Of a stretch of 64,000 bases of DNA, positions 1 to 12,400 are shown piece after piece. Positions within the stretch are counted from its first letter, which is position 1, and each line of letters opens with the position of its first letter. This DNA is from Phoronis australis (taxonomy: Eukaryota > Animalia > Phoronida), in contig NMRA01000070.1 in NCBI GenBank assembly GCA_002633005.1, forward strand, positions 1-64,000, given 5' to 3'. A program made the position numbers and the translations under genes. The notes under the pieces were generated by a model. It made no database searches. It worked only from the letters and a program-made list of their open reading frames with translations, and was not told where the DNA came from.

Positions 1-204
1 GGCTAACCACAGTTACCTCATCTGCATTTTTTGTGTCACTGATGGTCTCAGTGTTCTTTTTATAATGGAAAGGAAAACCCTATTGTAAGGAATATTGTGG
101 AAATGATTATGTTTATAGGAATTGGCCAAATTGGACTTTCTATTTTACTCAGCTAAAGGGAGCAAAGTGTAATTTTATTCAAGCCATTTCCTTTTTTCTT
201 CTAG

Positions 205-426
205 GTTGTGTTGATAAGATTCCAAACTGTCACGACTATTCTCCTGATGTGTGTTTCAATGAGTACATGGACTGGGCCAAACAGAACTGTGCTGACTTCT
301 GTGGACATTGTGATGGTACATTCACTCCAAGGCCAAATCCTGGCACTACAAAATCTCCAGTTGCTAGTACAAAGGCACCCAATCCAAGAAGTAGCATTGT
401 ACCCAATCCGTCAACCAAGAAACCAG
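205..426 (+). CDS. Exon A1: ShKT + Pro/Thr/Ser linker (phase 1-1, 222 nt)
   Basis: ctag|GTTGT...CCAG|gtaaaa; GCVDKIPNCHDYSPDVCFNEYMDWAKQNCADFCGHC... Confidence 0.9.
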
Positions 427-3400
427 GTAAAAACTTGGGATCACTTTGACATTCAAAAAGTAAACCATCAACTATGTTAATGTTTAATATAACCTGTTTT
501 TACTAACGTGCTGTATGAAATTAATCATTTATAGCCATTATCAATTTGACTTCTTCTTGAGATTGTACTTGTAGCTAATTGTAACCAGTGTTGTAGTGAT
601 ATTTTTTACAATAACTACTTTAAGGACTGTTGTTCATTGTGGACATTTTACGTAATCCATCAACTCATTGGAATCACCTTAGGCATGAACAGGTACCAGT
701 TTTTATAGAGCACGCAGGCTGTTCAGTATAATGGGTATTGGCCATGTGCTTTAATTGTTGTATTTGAAGTGTGGTTCATGTTTTTATAGTATCCAATCAT
801 TTAAGGGATTAGTTCAACTGATTCACTCATTAGTAGGAAATTAAGGGCACTATCTGTTGGTATGATTGTCCTTCAGACTGTACTGACAAGAGAACTGATT
901 GTCACCTGTATGGTGGTGACATTTGTCACAATGAGTTCAAGGACTGGGCCAGAGAGAATTGTGCTGATTACTGTGGACATTGTTCTGGAACATATACTCC
1001 AAAGCCAAATCCTGGTACATCCAAAGCACCAGTGGGAAGTACAAAGGGACCTGTTGTTTCGCCGAAACCGGGCACTGGGATTGTCCCTAATCCAACAACA
1101 AGTAGACCAGGTGTGAGTAATAAACCACCTTCAAGGACCACCAGAAAGCCAGGTGTCACAGTGATTCCAGGTATATTATTCTGATGTTTAGTACTTTTAT
1201 TCTTAGAAAATCAATTCTGTATGTCCTTTGAAGAATGCAAAGTTGATGGAAGTACCACCTTTTTTGTATATTTTGTTTCATGTTTATTTAAGAATAGGTC
1301 ATGGTCACAGATTTTGCATCTTGTTGTCTGTGGTGTNAGTACTTTTATTCTTAGAAATTCAATTCTGTGTATCCTTTGAAGAATGTAAAGTTGATAGATG
1401 TACCACTTTTTATATATATTTTGTTTCATGTTTATTTAAGAATAGATCATAGTCACAGATTTTGCATCTTGTCTGTATTGTATCGGTTTTGTTTTGTGAT
1501 TGTGTGTGATGTTGAGTATTGGTTGGTGATAGCTACATTTCACCTTGCTTAGCAGGCTTAAACCGTAAAATCAACCTGGCTTTTTCACTCTGACGAAGTC
1601 AATCTCATTATATTCAGTGCTGTGGTAGGATTACATTTCCATTACTACCTCAGTTCTCAGTCAAACGATACAGGCGTGTTTCAAATTTACCCTTTAGTCT
1701 TGGGTAACTGTAATTTGCTCATCTGCATTTTTAGTCACTGATGGTGTCAATGTGTTTTTGATAATGGAAAGGAAAACCCTATTGTAAGGAATATTGTGTA
1801 AACGATTATTTTTGTAGGAAATGGCCACATTGGACCTTCGTTTTTACTCAGCTTAAGGGAGCAAAGTATAATTTTATTCAAGCCTTTTCCTTTTTTCTTG
1901 TAGGTTGTGTTGATAAGATTCCGAACTGTCACGACTATTCTCCTGATGTGTGTTTCAATGAGTACCGTGATTGGGCCAAACAGAACTGCGCTGACTTCTG
2001 TGGACACTGTGATGGTACATTCACTCCAAGGCCAAATCCTGGCACTACAAACTCTCCAGTTGCTAGTACAAAGGCACCCAACCCAAGTACTGGCATTGTA
2101 CCTAATCCATCTACCAAGAAACCAGGTACGAATTGAGATCACTTTCAAAAAGTAAACCATTTGTTGTTAATCAAGTATGTCAAATTTTAATATAAGATGT
2201 TTTTTCTAACTAGCAATGTGAAATTAATTATTGTTAGGCATTATCAATTTTCCTTCTTCTTGAGATTGTACTGACATAGTAGCTGATTGTAACCTCTGTG
2301 TGAGTGACTTTTTTACAATAACTACATCGAGTTAGCCGTAGAAGACTGTGTCGATTATTGTGGACATAGTACATAATCCATCAACCAAACTAAAAGTAGT
2401 AATTTTAGAACCACCTCAGTCCTGAACACATTTCATTTTTTATGGACCATGCACGCTGTTCAGTATAATTGAATTGGCCGTCTGCATTACAATTCTTGTG
2501 TTTGAAGTTTAGTACATGTTTTACGGTATGCAGTCATTTAAGGATTTGGTTCAACTGATTTGCTCACTAATAAAAATTTAAAGGCACTATCTGTTGGTAT
2601 CATTGTCCTTCAGACTGTACTGACAAGAGAACTGATTGTCACCTGTATGGTGGTGACATTTGTCACAATGAGTTCAAGGACTGGGCCAGAGAGAATTGTG
2701 CTGATTACTGTGGACATTGTTCTGGAACATATACTCCAAAGCCAAATCCTGGTACATCCAAAGCACCAGTGGCAAGTACGAAGGGACCTGTTGTTTCTCC
2801 GAAACCGGGTACTGGGATTGTCCCTAATCCAACAACAAGTAGACCAGGTGTGAGTAATAAACCACCTTCAAGGACCACCAGAAAGCCAGGTGTCACAGTG
2901 ATTCCAGGTATGTTATCCTGATGTTTAGTACTTTTATTCTTAGAAATTCAATTTTGTGTATCCTTTGAAGAATGTAAAGTTGATAGAAGTACCACTTTTT
3001 ATGTATATTTTGTTTCATGTTTATTTAAGAATAGATCAGTCACAGATTTTGCATCTTGTCTATCGTGTATCGGTTTTGTTTTGTGATTGTGTGTGATGTT
3101 GAGTATTGGTTGGTGATAGCTACATTTCACCCTGCTTAGCAGACTTAAACCGTAAAATCAACCTGGCTTTTTCACTCTGACGAAGTCAATCTCATTATAT
3201 TCAGTGCCGTGGTAGGATTACATTTCCATTACTACCTCAGTTCACTGTCAAACGATATAGGCGTGTTTCAAATTTACCCTTTAGTCTTGGGTAACTAATT
3301 TGCTCATCTGCATTTTTTAGTCACTGATGGTGTCAATGTGTTTTTGTTATTGGAAACTAAAACCCCATTGTAAGGAATATTGTGGAAACGATTAGTAAAG

Positions 3401-6400
3401 GAAAAGGCTAAACTCAAGTTTGGGTTTACTCAGCCAAATGGAGGAAATAGCCGCTTTATTCATGTATTTTCCTTTTTTCTTCAAGGTTGTGTTGATAAGA
3501 TTCCGAACTGTCACAACTATTCTCCTGATGTGTGTTTCAATGAGTACCGTGATTGGGCCAAACAGAACTGCGCTGACTTCTGTGGACACTGTGATGGTAC
3601 ATTCACTCCAAGGCCAAATCCTGGCACTACAAATTCTCCAGTTGCTAGTACAAAGGCACCCAACCCAAGTACTGGCATTGTACCTAATCCGTCTACCAAG
3701 AAACCAGGTACGAATTGAGATCACTTTCAAAAAGTAAACCATTTGTTGTTAATCAAGTATGTCAATTTTTAATATAACATGTTTTTACTAACAAGNCATT
3801 GTACAATATCCATTAACCAAACTAACAATAACTTATGATTCACCTTAGGCATGAACAGGTACCATTTCAGTATTACTTGTATTGGGCGTGCGTATTAATT
3901 CCTGTGTTTGTATGTGTTTTTACGGTGTCCAATCATTTAAAGATTGGTTTAACTGCTTTGCTCATTTATATGAATGTAAAATAATAAAAGGCACTCTCTG
4001 TTGGTATCATTGTCTTTTAGGTTGTGCTGACAAGAGGTCTGATTGTAGCCTGTACAGTAGTGACATTTGTTACAATGAGTACAGTGATTGGGCCAGAGAG
4101 AATTGTGCTGACTTCTGTGGACATTGTTCTGGTACATTCACACTAAGGCCAAATCCTGGCTCTACAAAATCTCCGGTTGCTAGTACAAAATCACCCAACC
4201 CAAGTACTAGCATTGTACCCAATCCATCTACCAAGAAACCAGGTGGGATTTTGAAATCACCTTCACCTTCAATATAATAAACCATTTGTTATGGCCAAGC
4301 ATGTTTGTTGTTCAGTATAGCCTGTGTTCATGGTTTGTGATGTGAAATTTTTAATTGATAGGCATTATCAGTTTTCCTAATTTGCTTTTAAGATTACTTA
4401 CAAGAGAGCTCAATGTAAAGAGTGTGGTAGTAACCTTTTTGGAATAAGTACAGCAAATTGGATGTTCAAGAATACGTTAATTATTATGGATATTGCAGTT
4501 GTTATGCATTCACTCCAAACCCAAGTCCTGAAATGTCAAAAGCACTACTTGCCAGTACGAAATTTTGCGTCACAAGCCAATTACTGACATTGTAACTAAT
4601 CCGTCTACCAAACCACCAGGTGTAATTTTCGAATCACCTTAGCCATGAACAAGTACCAAGATTTTTTATTGGCCATGGAAACTGTTCAGTATGACATGCT
4701 TTGGTCGTATGCATTTATTCTTGTGTTTGTTGTATGTGCAATATGTGTGTTTACGGTATCCAATCATTTAAGCATTTGGTTCAACTGAGTTGCTCATTTA
4801 GAGGAACTTACAATGATAATTAAGGGGCACTATCCTGTGGTATTGTTTTCCTTCAGGTTGTACTGACAAGAGAACTGACTGTAACCAGTACAGTAAGGAC
4901 ATTTGTTACAATGAGTACATGGATTGGGCCAGGGAGAATTGTGCTGATTACTGCGGACATTGTTCTGGTGCATTTACTCTAAAGCCAAATCCTGGCTCGT
5001 CCATAGCACCTGTGGCAAGTACGAGGGCACCCAACCCAAGCACTGGCATTGTACCCAACCCATCTACCATGAAGCCAGGTGTGATTTTTAAATCATCTTC
5101 ATCTTCCATAACTAAATCATTTGTTTTCTGGAGCGAGCACCTTCGTTGTTCAGTATAACCTATTTTCACAATGGGCGTTATCAGTTTTCGTTCTTTAGAA
5201 TGTACTTACAAGGGAGCTGGTTGTAAACAGTTTGGTAGTGACATTTTTTACAATAACTGCAGCGAGGCGGCCAGTTAAGACTGTGTTGATTACTGTGGAC
5301 ACTGTAGTTGTACATTTCTGTCATGTCACTAGCACAAATTCTCTAGTGCAAGAAAGATTCTCATTTTCGCAACCAAGCCAATTACAAACATTGAACCTAA
5401 TCCGTCTTCTTGCTCACTATTAGGAATTTAAAATGATTATGATAAGGCGCCACTTGTTGGTGTCATTGTCCTTCAGATTGTACTGACAAGAGAACTGATT
5501 GTCACCAGTATAGTAGTGACATTTACAATGAGGACAGTGAGTGGGCCAGAGAGTACCGTGGTAATTTTTGTGGACAGTACGTGATGGTGCATTCACTGCA
5601 AAGCCAAATTCTACCAGCTACAAAATCTCTAATTGCTTGTACAAATTCACCTGTTGTAACACCCAAGCCAGATGCTGACATTGTACCTATTCCATCTACC
5701 AAAGGATGGTATAATTTTGAAACTCCGTTTACCTTCAACTTTCAAAGTTGTTGTCGTTCAATGATGTTTGTTTTTCAATAAGACACATGCTCAGTGTTCC
5801 ACTTTTGTATTAGTTTTGTTTTCATTGTAGTAAATTTTTACAATATGTCATCAGGATTTGTTTCAAAAACTTCCTGGTTTAGGAAAGTCTAAAAAGTGAT
5901 AATTGCAAGGCATTATCAGTTGTTAGTCTTATCCTTTAGATTGTACTGACAAGAGAACTGATTGTCAACTGTACAGTCGTGACATATGTCACAATGAGTT
6001 CAAGGATTGGGCCAGAGAGAACTGTGCTGATTATTGTGGACATTGTGGTCGTACAATTACACCAAAGCCAAGTCCTGGCACGTCCAAAGCGCCAGTTGCT
6101 AGTACGAAGGCACCTGTTGTAACACGTAAGCCAGTTACTGGTATTGCATAATGCAAATGTCATAATGCAAGATGTTGATTGTAAAGTAAACATGCTTTTT
6201 TACCAATTTGAATTGACTTGCCCACTCTCGTTTGGGCTAGTGTCCTGATAATGAAACTGAACATCTTTTTTCATTAAGAATTTTGAGCTACCTTAGCGGG
6301 TGTGCCTACCACTTGGGACAGTCACAATAAAATATTTACTATGGACCAGGTGTGATTTTGGAACCACCTCAACCATCAATACTAATAGCATTGTTCTGGA

Positions 6401-9400
6401 CTTATTTTTTGTTCTCTACACTAGAATAGATTTTCATATCTGAGGAAGCTATTTTAGTTTTAGTTAAGTCATAATATGACCATCAGCTGAAAAGAAAGCT
6501 GAGAGTTTATGGATGCTGAAAGTTTTTACATATTTTGCACAGAAGCAATTTCCTTGTGTTTTTTCACCACATACGGTGTTGAGAAACAAGTGGATACAAA
6601 TTCAGTGTGGGTGATGCAACCTCCAGCTCATAGCATTAGTGGGTTACTGATAGATTCTTTGACATACTCAGCATCTAGGGGACTGTTATTGTTTCAGATA
6701 TTTTATTTAACTTCAAGCTATTGGGGTTCTTAGCTTCAAACATCCATTTGTTACTTTTTCTTTTCAGATAAATATTAAACATGACTGGTACTTAATTATG
6801 TAACTATACATTAGTAAGGCATATTACATGATGTCTACCACTGTTAAAAGGTATACGCTTAGTAGTAAAGCACAACTCACAATGTGACTGCTACTGTATT
6901 AAAGATATATAGAATGTAGATACGCTTAATAGTAAAACACATCTCGCAATAGGCTGTTCAGTATTAAAGGTATATCTGCTTGATACAGTTAGTAGTACGA
7001 CACTTAGTAGTAAAACACATCTCACAACATGACTGCTACTGTGCTATGCTATCATACTGTGACATGTGTTATTCCTAAGTGTATAGTGTGTGGGTTATAT
7101 ACACTTAGTTGTGTGATACATCACGTTATGTCTGCCTTAATCTGTATTTAGGTTGTGCTGACAAGAGGGATGACTGCAAGTCCTACAGTAAAGCTATTTG
7201 TACTAATGAGTACAGAGCATGGGCCCAGGACAACTGCGCTGATTTCTGTGGTTTCTGCGCACCTGTTACTACCAAGCCGGGAATATCAAGTTGGTATCTG
7301 ACAAAAAGTCTTGATTGATTTATCAATGAATTGGAAAAAATTTAAACTATCGTATTGCCAGTTTTTGTTCCATGAACTTGACGGGAAGAATTTTACTTAT
7401 TGATAGTAATCAAGGTGTGTCTGTTTGTGCCTTTTAGTTCATTTTTTAGCCACAATGGAGTGTCATGGTCGGCATTTATATTCTTTGTGTACATAAGATT
7501 GCTGGCATATTCATGCAACTAAAATAAAAAATGACTGAGACAAACCTCTTACTATGCAGATTTCAACACTGCTAAATTATTTTTATAGTATAATATTCCA
7601 TTGAAACTGAGTAAATGTACCGTAATCGTTCGGGTTAACGCCCATGCTCAGTTAACCGCCCACCCCCGACTTTAAGTGGATTTCCGATTTAACCACCCAC
7701 TGCTCAGTTAAGCGCCCCCCTGCGATTTTTGAAGATTTCCAGTTAAGCGCCCACCTCTCGGTTAAGCGCCCATCCTGACTTTTAAAGAATGAAGATTTAG
7801 CGCCTAGTGCTAAGGAAATGCGCGATTCCCCGACTTAGAAAAAGATCGATGATCACAATGAGTGCAACGACGCCGGGACTCCGAGACGGTGGTTTAGCAA
7901 TCTGAATCACAATACAGGTAAAGAGTTATTGTCTTGGGTCATGAACTCACTTCAAAATACTTGAACCTTTTTGTCACTNAAACATGACTGGTACTTAATT
8001 ATGTATACATTAGTAAGACATATTACATGATGACTACCACTGTTAAAAGATATACGCTTAGTAGTAAAGCACAACTCACAATGTGACTGCTACTGTATTA
8101 AAGATATATAGAATGTAGATACGCTTAGTAGTAAAACACATCTGGCAATAGGCTGTTCAGTATTAAAGGCATATCTGCTTTATACAGTTAGTAGTACGAC
8201 ACTTAGTAGTTAAACACCTCTCACAACATGACTGCTACTGTGCTATGCTATCATACTGTGACATGTGTTATTCCTAAGTGTATAGTGTGTGGGTTATATA
8301 CACTTAGTTGTCTGATACATCACGTTATGTCTGCCTTAATCTGTATTTAGGTTGTGCTGACAAGAGGGATGACTGCAAGTCCTACAGTAAAGCTATTTGT
8401 ACTAATGAGTACAGAGCATGGGCCCAGGACAACTGTGCTGATTTCTGTGGTTTCTGCACACCTGTTACTACCAAGCCAGGAATATCAAGTTGGTATTTGA
8501 CAAAAAGTCTTTCGATTGATTTATCAATGAATTGGAAAAATTTAAACTACCGTATTGCCAGTTTTTGTTCCATGAACATGACATGAAGAATTTTATTGAT
8601 TGATAGTAATTAAATGTGTCTCTTTGTGCCTTTTAGTTCATTTTTGGGCCACAATGGAGTGTCATGGTCGGCATTTATATTCTTTGTGTTCATAAGATTG
8701 CTGGCATATTCATTCAACTAAAATAAAAAATGACTGAGGCAAACCTCTTACTATGGAGATTTCAACACTGCTAAATTATTTTTATAGTACAATATTCCTT
8801 TGAAACTGAGTAAATGTAGTTTCTGTCATGTAATTTAGTAGTAGGTAATTTGATTTTGTTTCTTATTGGTATTTCAGTTTGTCTAGTAAATGTGATCCTT
8901 TAGCCTGCGCTTTCATGTTTGTTGTTGCTTTTTATCAGATGTTTGTGTCTACAACAACAAGCAATACAAACAGGGCGAGAGTTGGACAGATGGGTGCAGC
9001 TTGGTTTGTGAATGTATCGATGCCAATTATGGCATCTACAGGTGTGACGACAGGTAGGTGCTGTCATGAACACTATCTTTCCCATACTGTAGGAGAGCCA
9101 TACCTGCTCACATCTTCAAGAACATAATCCTAATGTACCTATCCTTACTTAAACCATAAGTGTAACCCAAAGTATAAATTTTCTATGAACAAATTGGCCA
9201 GTACTGAATGCCAGCCTGTTACAGCGCAATTATTAGCAATTAGCCTTACTAGTTTCTGGAACGGTTCCATCTTTGCAGTGTAAGTTACTTTGTGGAGTTG
9301 TTGTTAGCTATTCTCAGTGAATTGTGCTCTTTTACACGTTATCCAATTTATGCAAATCCCTGTTTTTGTACCCATCTTTGATGTCTCTATAGCTGTTCTT

Positions 9401-12400
9401 CCACAAAGAACAGGTGTCACCGTGCGAGTTGTCATGGCACGACTTGCCCCGCTTTAATCGCATTTACATGACATTAGATCGCTAACTGGATCTGCAAGAG
9501 TCATTTGCGTGAAGACTGTCTGCACGTGCTCGCATAAATAATTATAGCGAATGACCAACCACGTGGAATTCTAGCAGATCATTTATATGTTTTTGCACAA
9601 GTGTAACATAGATATTACCTGTCGCGTTGTTTACGTGTTGTTGAAACTGGACCAATATGGCCTCCACTGTATCAACTTGCTTCACGTCTATAGTGTTTAC
9701 ACACGCGCTTGCACCCGATCAGCTGTTCTCTGTTAGTTGCTCCTTGACAACTGTCTCTCATGTAAATGTGACTTATTCCATTGACAGATGTACGATCTAT
9801 ACCAACTTGCCATCCAGTTGTCAGCTGGTGACCGATCCTAAAGACTCGTGCTGTAAAGTGCCTCAGTGTAGCCCTATCACTATCTCAGTTACGCCTAAGC
9901 CAGGCAAACCCTCCACCACTATTGTGGTTCCAACAGGTGTCATTGGCACCATCACTGGCAAGGGCACCGTCCCCGTCACAGGAACTGGTGGTGTTATCAC
10001 GGGCTCCAGAAGTAAGATTACGATTTTGTAACCTATTGCTGTGCTGTAAAATAGTGTCAGACAAGCGAATTGCGTGTGTTTTGGAAGCTGAAATTCACGC
10101 TACTGAAAGCCATGTTCACCAAGACATAAATGGTTGAAGGTGTCTTCAACAATCAGATTATTGCTGTGTATGAATCATGCAGTTCTGCATCATACTTTTA
10201 TCTTGCTGCCAAAGGTAAAGGAGTATAGTAATGAGGGCATTCCGTGCACCTGTGAAAACAAATTTTCTGTGCTTAATAACTACGTTTCTTATATGATGTC
10301 GACCAACTTTTCAAAAACTTGAATTACGGTCCATTTTTGATTTCACGCATGCATGTACAGAAACGTTCTTCTGTGTGCATCTCCTATGAGTGCTTTGTGA
10401 TTCAACCATATATATATATCTTGATTTTTTGGCCCTTTCTTGATTTTCACACATGCATCTAAGGAAAGGTACTTGCTCCTACATTTCTCATCAGGTGTTG
10501 ATCAAAGACCATGGCTGTGCCATAGTGCATACCATCGTCATTTTGCAATTTCACTGGTAGACCATATTTTCCTTGGTTTTCACACAGCCAAATCCTTGTC
10601 GTTGCGCTTGTCCTAAATTTCTGAACTGAAGGCATTTTGATTATGCTAAAGTTTCTTCAAATTGGAACAAATAAAGGCCAAAATTGTTGTTTTTCCTTGT
10701 TTTATACGTTCTCTGTATTGCCAAAAATGTTCAAAATTTCGTTATGTGTTTGTTGATAACAGACCTACTATAAAGTATTTAAATAATCAAGTAAAATTGT
10801 CTTCTTGTTTAATTTTGTTGAACTGTTTGATTCCGCCATATTGTGTTATAATTTTAGGAAACTTTACTTTCAAAAAGTATAATTGTTATGAAGTACAGTT
10901 GTTCATATTGTCAGCATTTCACAACTCACCTATACTTGCCTCCCCCTCCATGATTTTCACACATATAGTGAGAAATATTATGCAGTGACCCTCAGGGCAT
11001 ATCAATGACATTTGACAATTTGAATGTCTTCGCCGCAAGTACGGTAAATTATGACCGAATTGGGACACAATATGGCTGACAAGTGAAATCTTATTTTCTC
11101 ATTTTTTTATAAAAGATATGTAGCACCAAATTAATGTTTCACCATATTCAGATTCTGTAACCATAGCAACCATTAGATAATATGCTGAGAAGTTGTGGGC
11201 ATTCACAACAATGTTATGAAGACCTTGAAAAATAGAAAAAGCGTAATTTGTCCAAAGTTGGTCAGATTTTAATGTATGTCCTCTTCTTAATACTTCATTT
11301 GTGCATACTAATTGAGAAAGGGATCTGGTCGGGATATTGATGTCTGTGACTACCTTGTAATTTCTGTAATTTAAACATTTTTCTACCAAAAACTTTACGC
11401 TTTTGTTTAAAAATGTATTCGTAGTTTTTTTCTTGGTTGTAAGTTCACTGAGTCTAGTCTTTAAAACTGAGAAGCAGACGTCGATAGGCTGCCACTCTGG
11501 ACTGATTGTATTGAGGTTGCTATGGAAGGTGAGTGGACCTGCAAAAGTTGGCTTTAATTTATCCGTTTTGCAACTGATTGAAGTTGCTTGATGTTCACCT
11601 TCCTTGTTTATTTTTGCTAGATATCTGCGTGTATACCGATGGAAAGCCATATGGTCAGGGCGCCAAATGGCAAGATGGCTGCAAATATGACTGTGAATGT
11701 GTCGACTCTCTCAGGGGATTGTATCAGTGTGCAGAAAGGTATGATGTGAGCGGATAAAATTTATTATGAATTTTGTATCTGAAACATGAATGTTGAAAAC
11801 TGTTTAAATGTTATTTTTATTAAGAATCGCACAGCAAGCGCTTAGAATTGCTGCTTTTTGACGACATTTGTGTTTTAGTGGGTAAGTTGCTTGGGATTCT
11901 TTCATTAGTCTTGAAGCGATGCACATAGCTTTAGGTTGAATTGGTCAGATGGTGGATTTGAAATTTTAATGATGTGAGCAGTTTCCAATGAGGTTAGACT
12001 GACAATGAAGTGTTTTTTTATGAAATTTGCAAAATTAAAAAGGTATGGGCAAGTATTTGTTAGAGTGTGTGCAAAATATGAAAAGAGTCATTTTTCCAAG
12101 AAAAGATCCCTGTTTTTCCACACACTGTCTCAACTTTACGAACTGCTACCATTTAGCAGTACTTATCTTACAATATCACTGACAGATGACAATTGTTTGC
12201 GTCCTATATTTCATTGTGTGCTTTTTCATGATATGTCACTTCACTGCCTGTTTTTTGAAGTCTTGTTTGACAGTTATTCAAAGAGAGGAAGGTTGTAAAA
12301 TTAATTAGGATGTGTTGGCTTTCTTTAATGTGCAGGGTATGGAGTCTATTTTCACTACAACATAAATTTGCCTTATCAAAACCGATATGCGGGTGGTAGA

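Noticed and set aside
236-6193. Repeated antisense and alternate-frame ORFs (MVDGLGTM..., MLIRFQ...)
   Set aside because: Shadows of the ShKT exons; only the Cys-pattern frame has matching splice sites.
11099-11650. 183-aa minus-strand ORF, the longest in the track
   Set aside because: AT-rich intronic sequence antisense to a real exon, with no recognisable motif.
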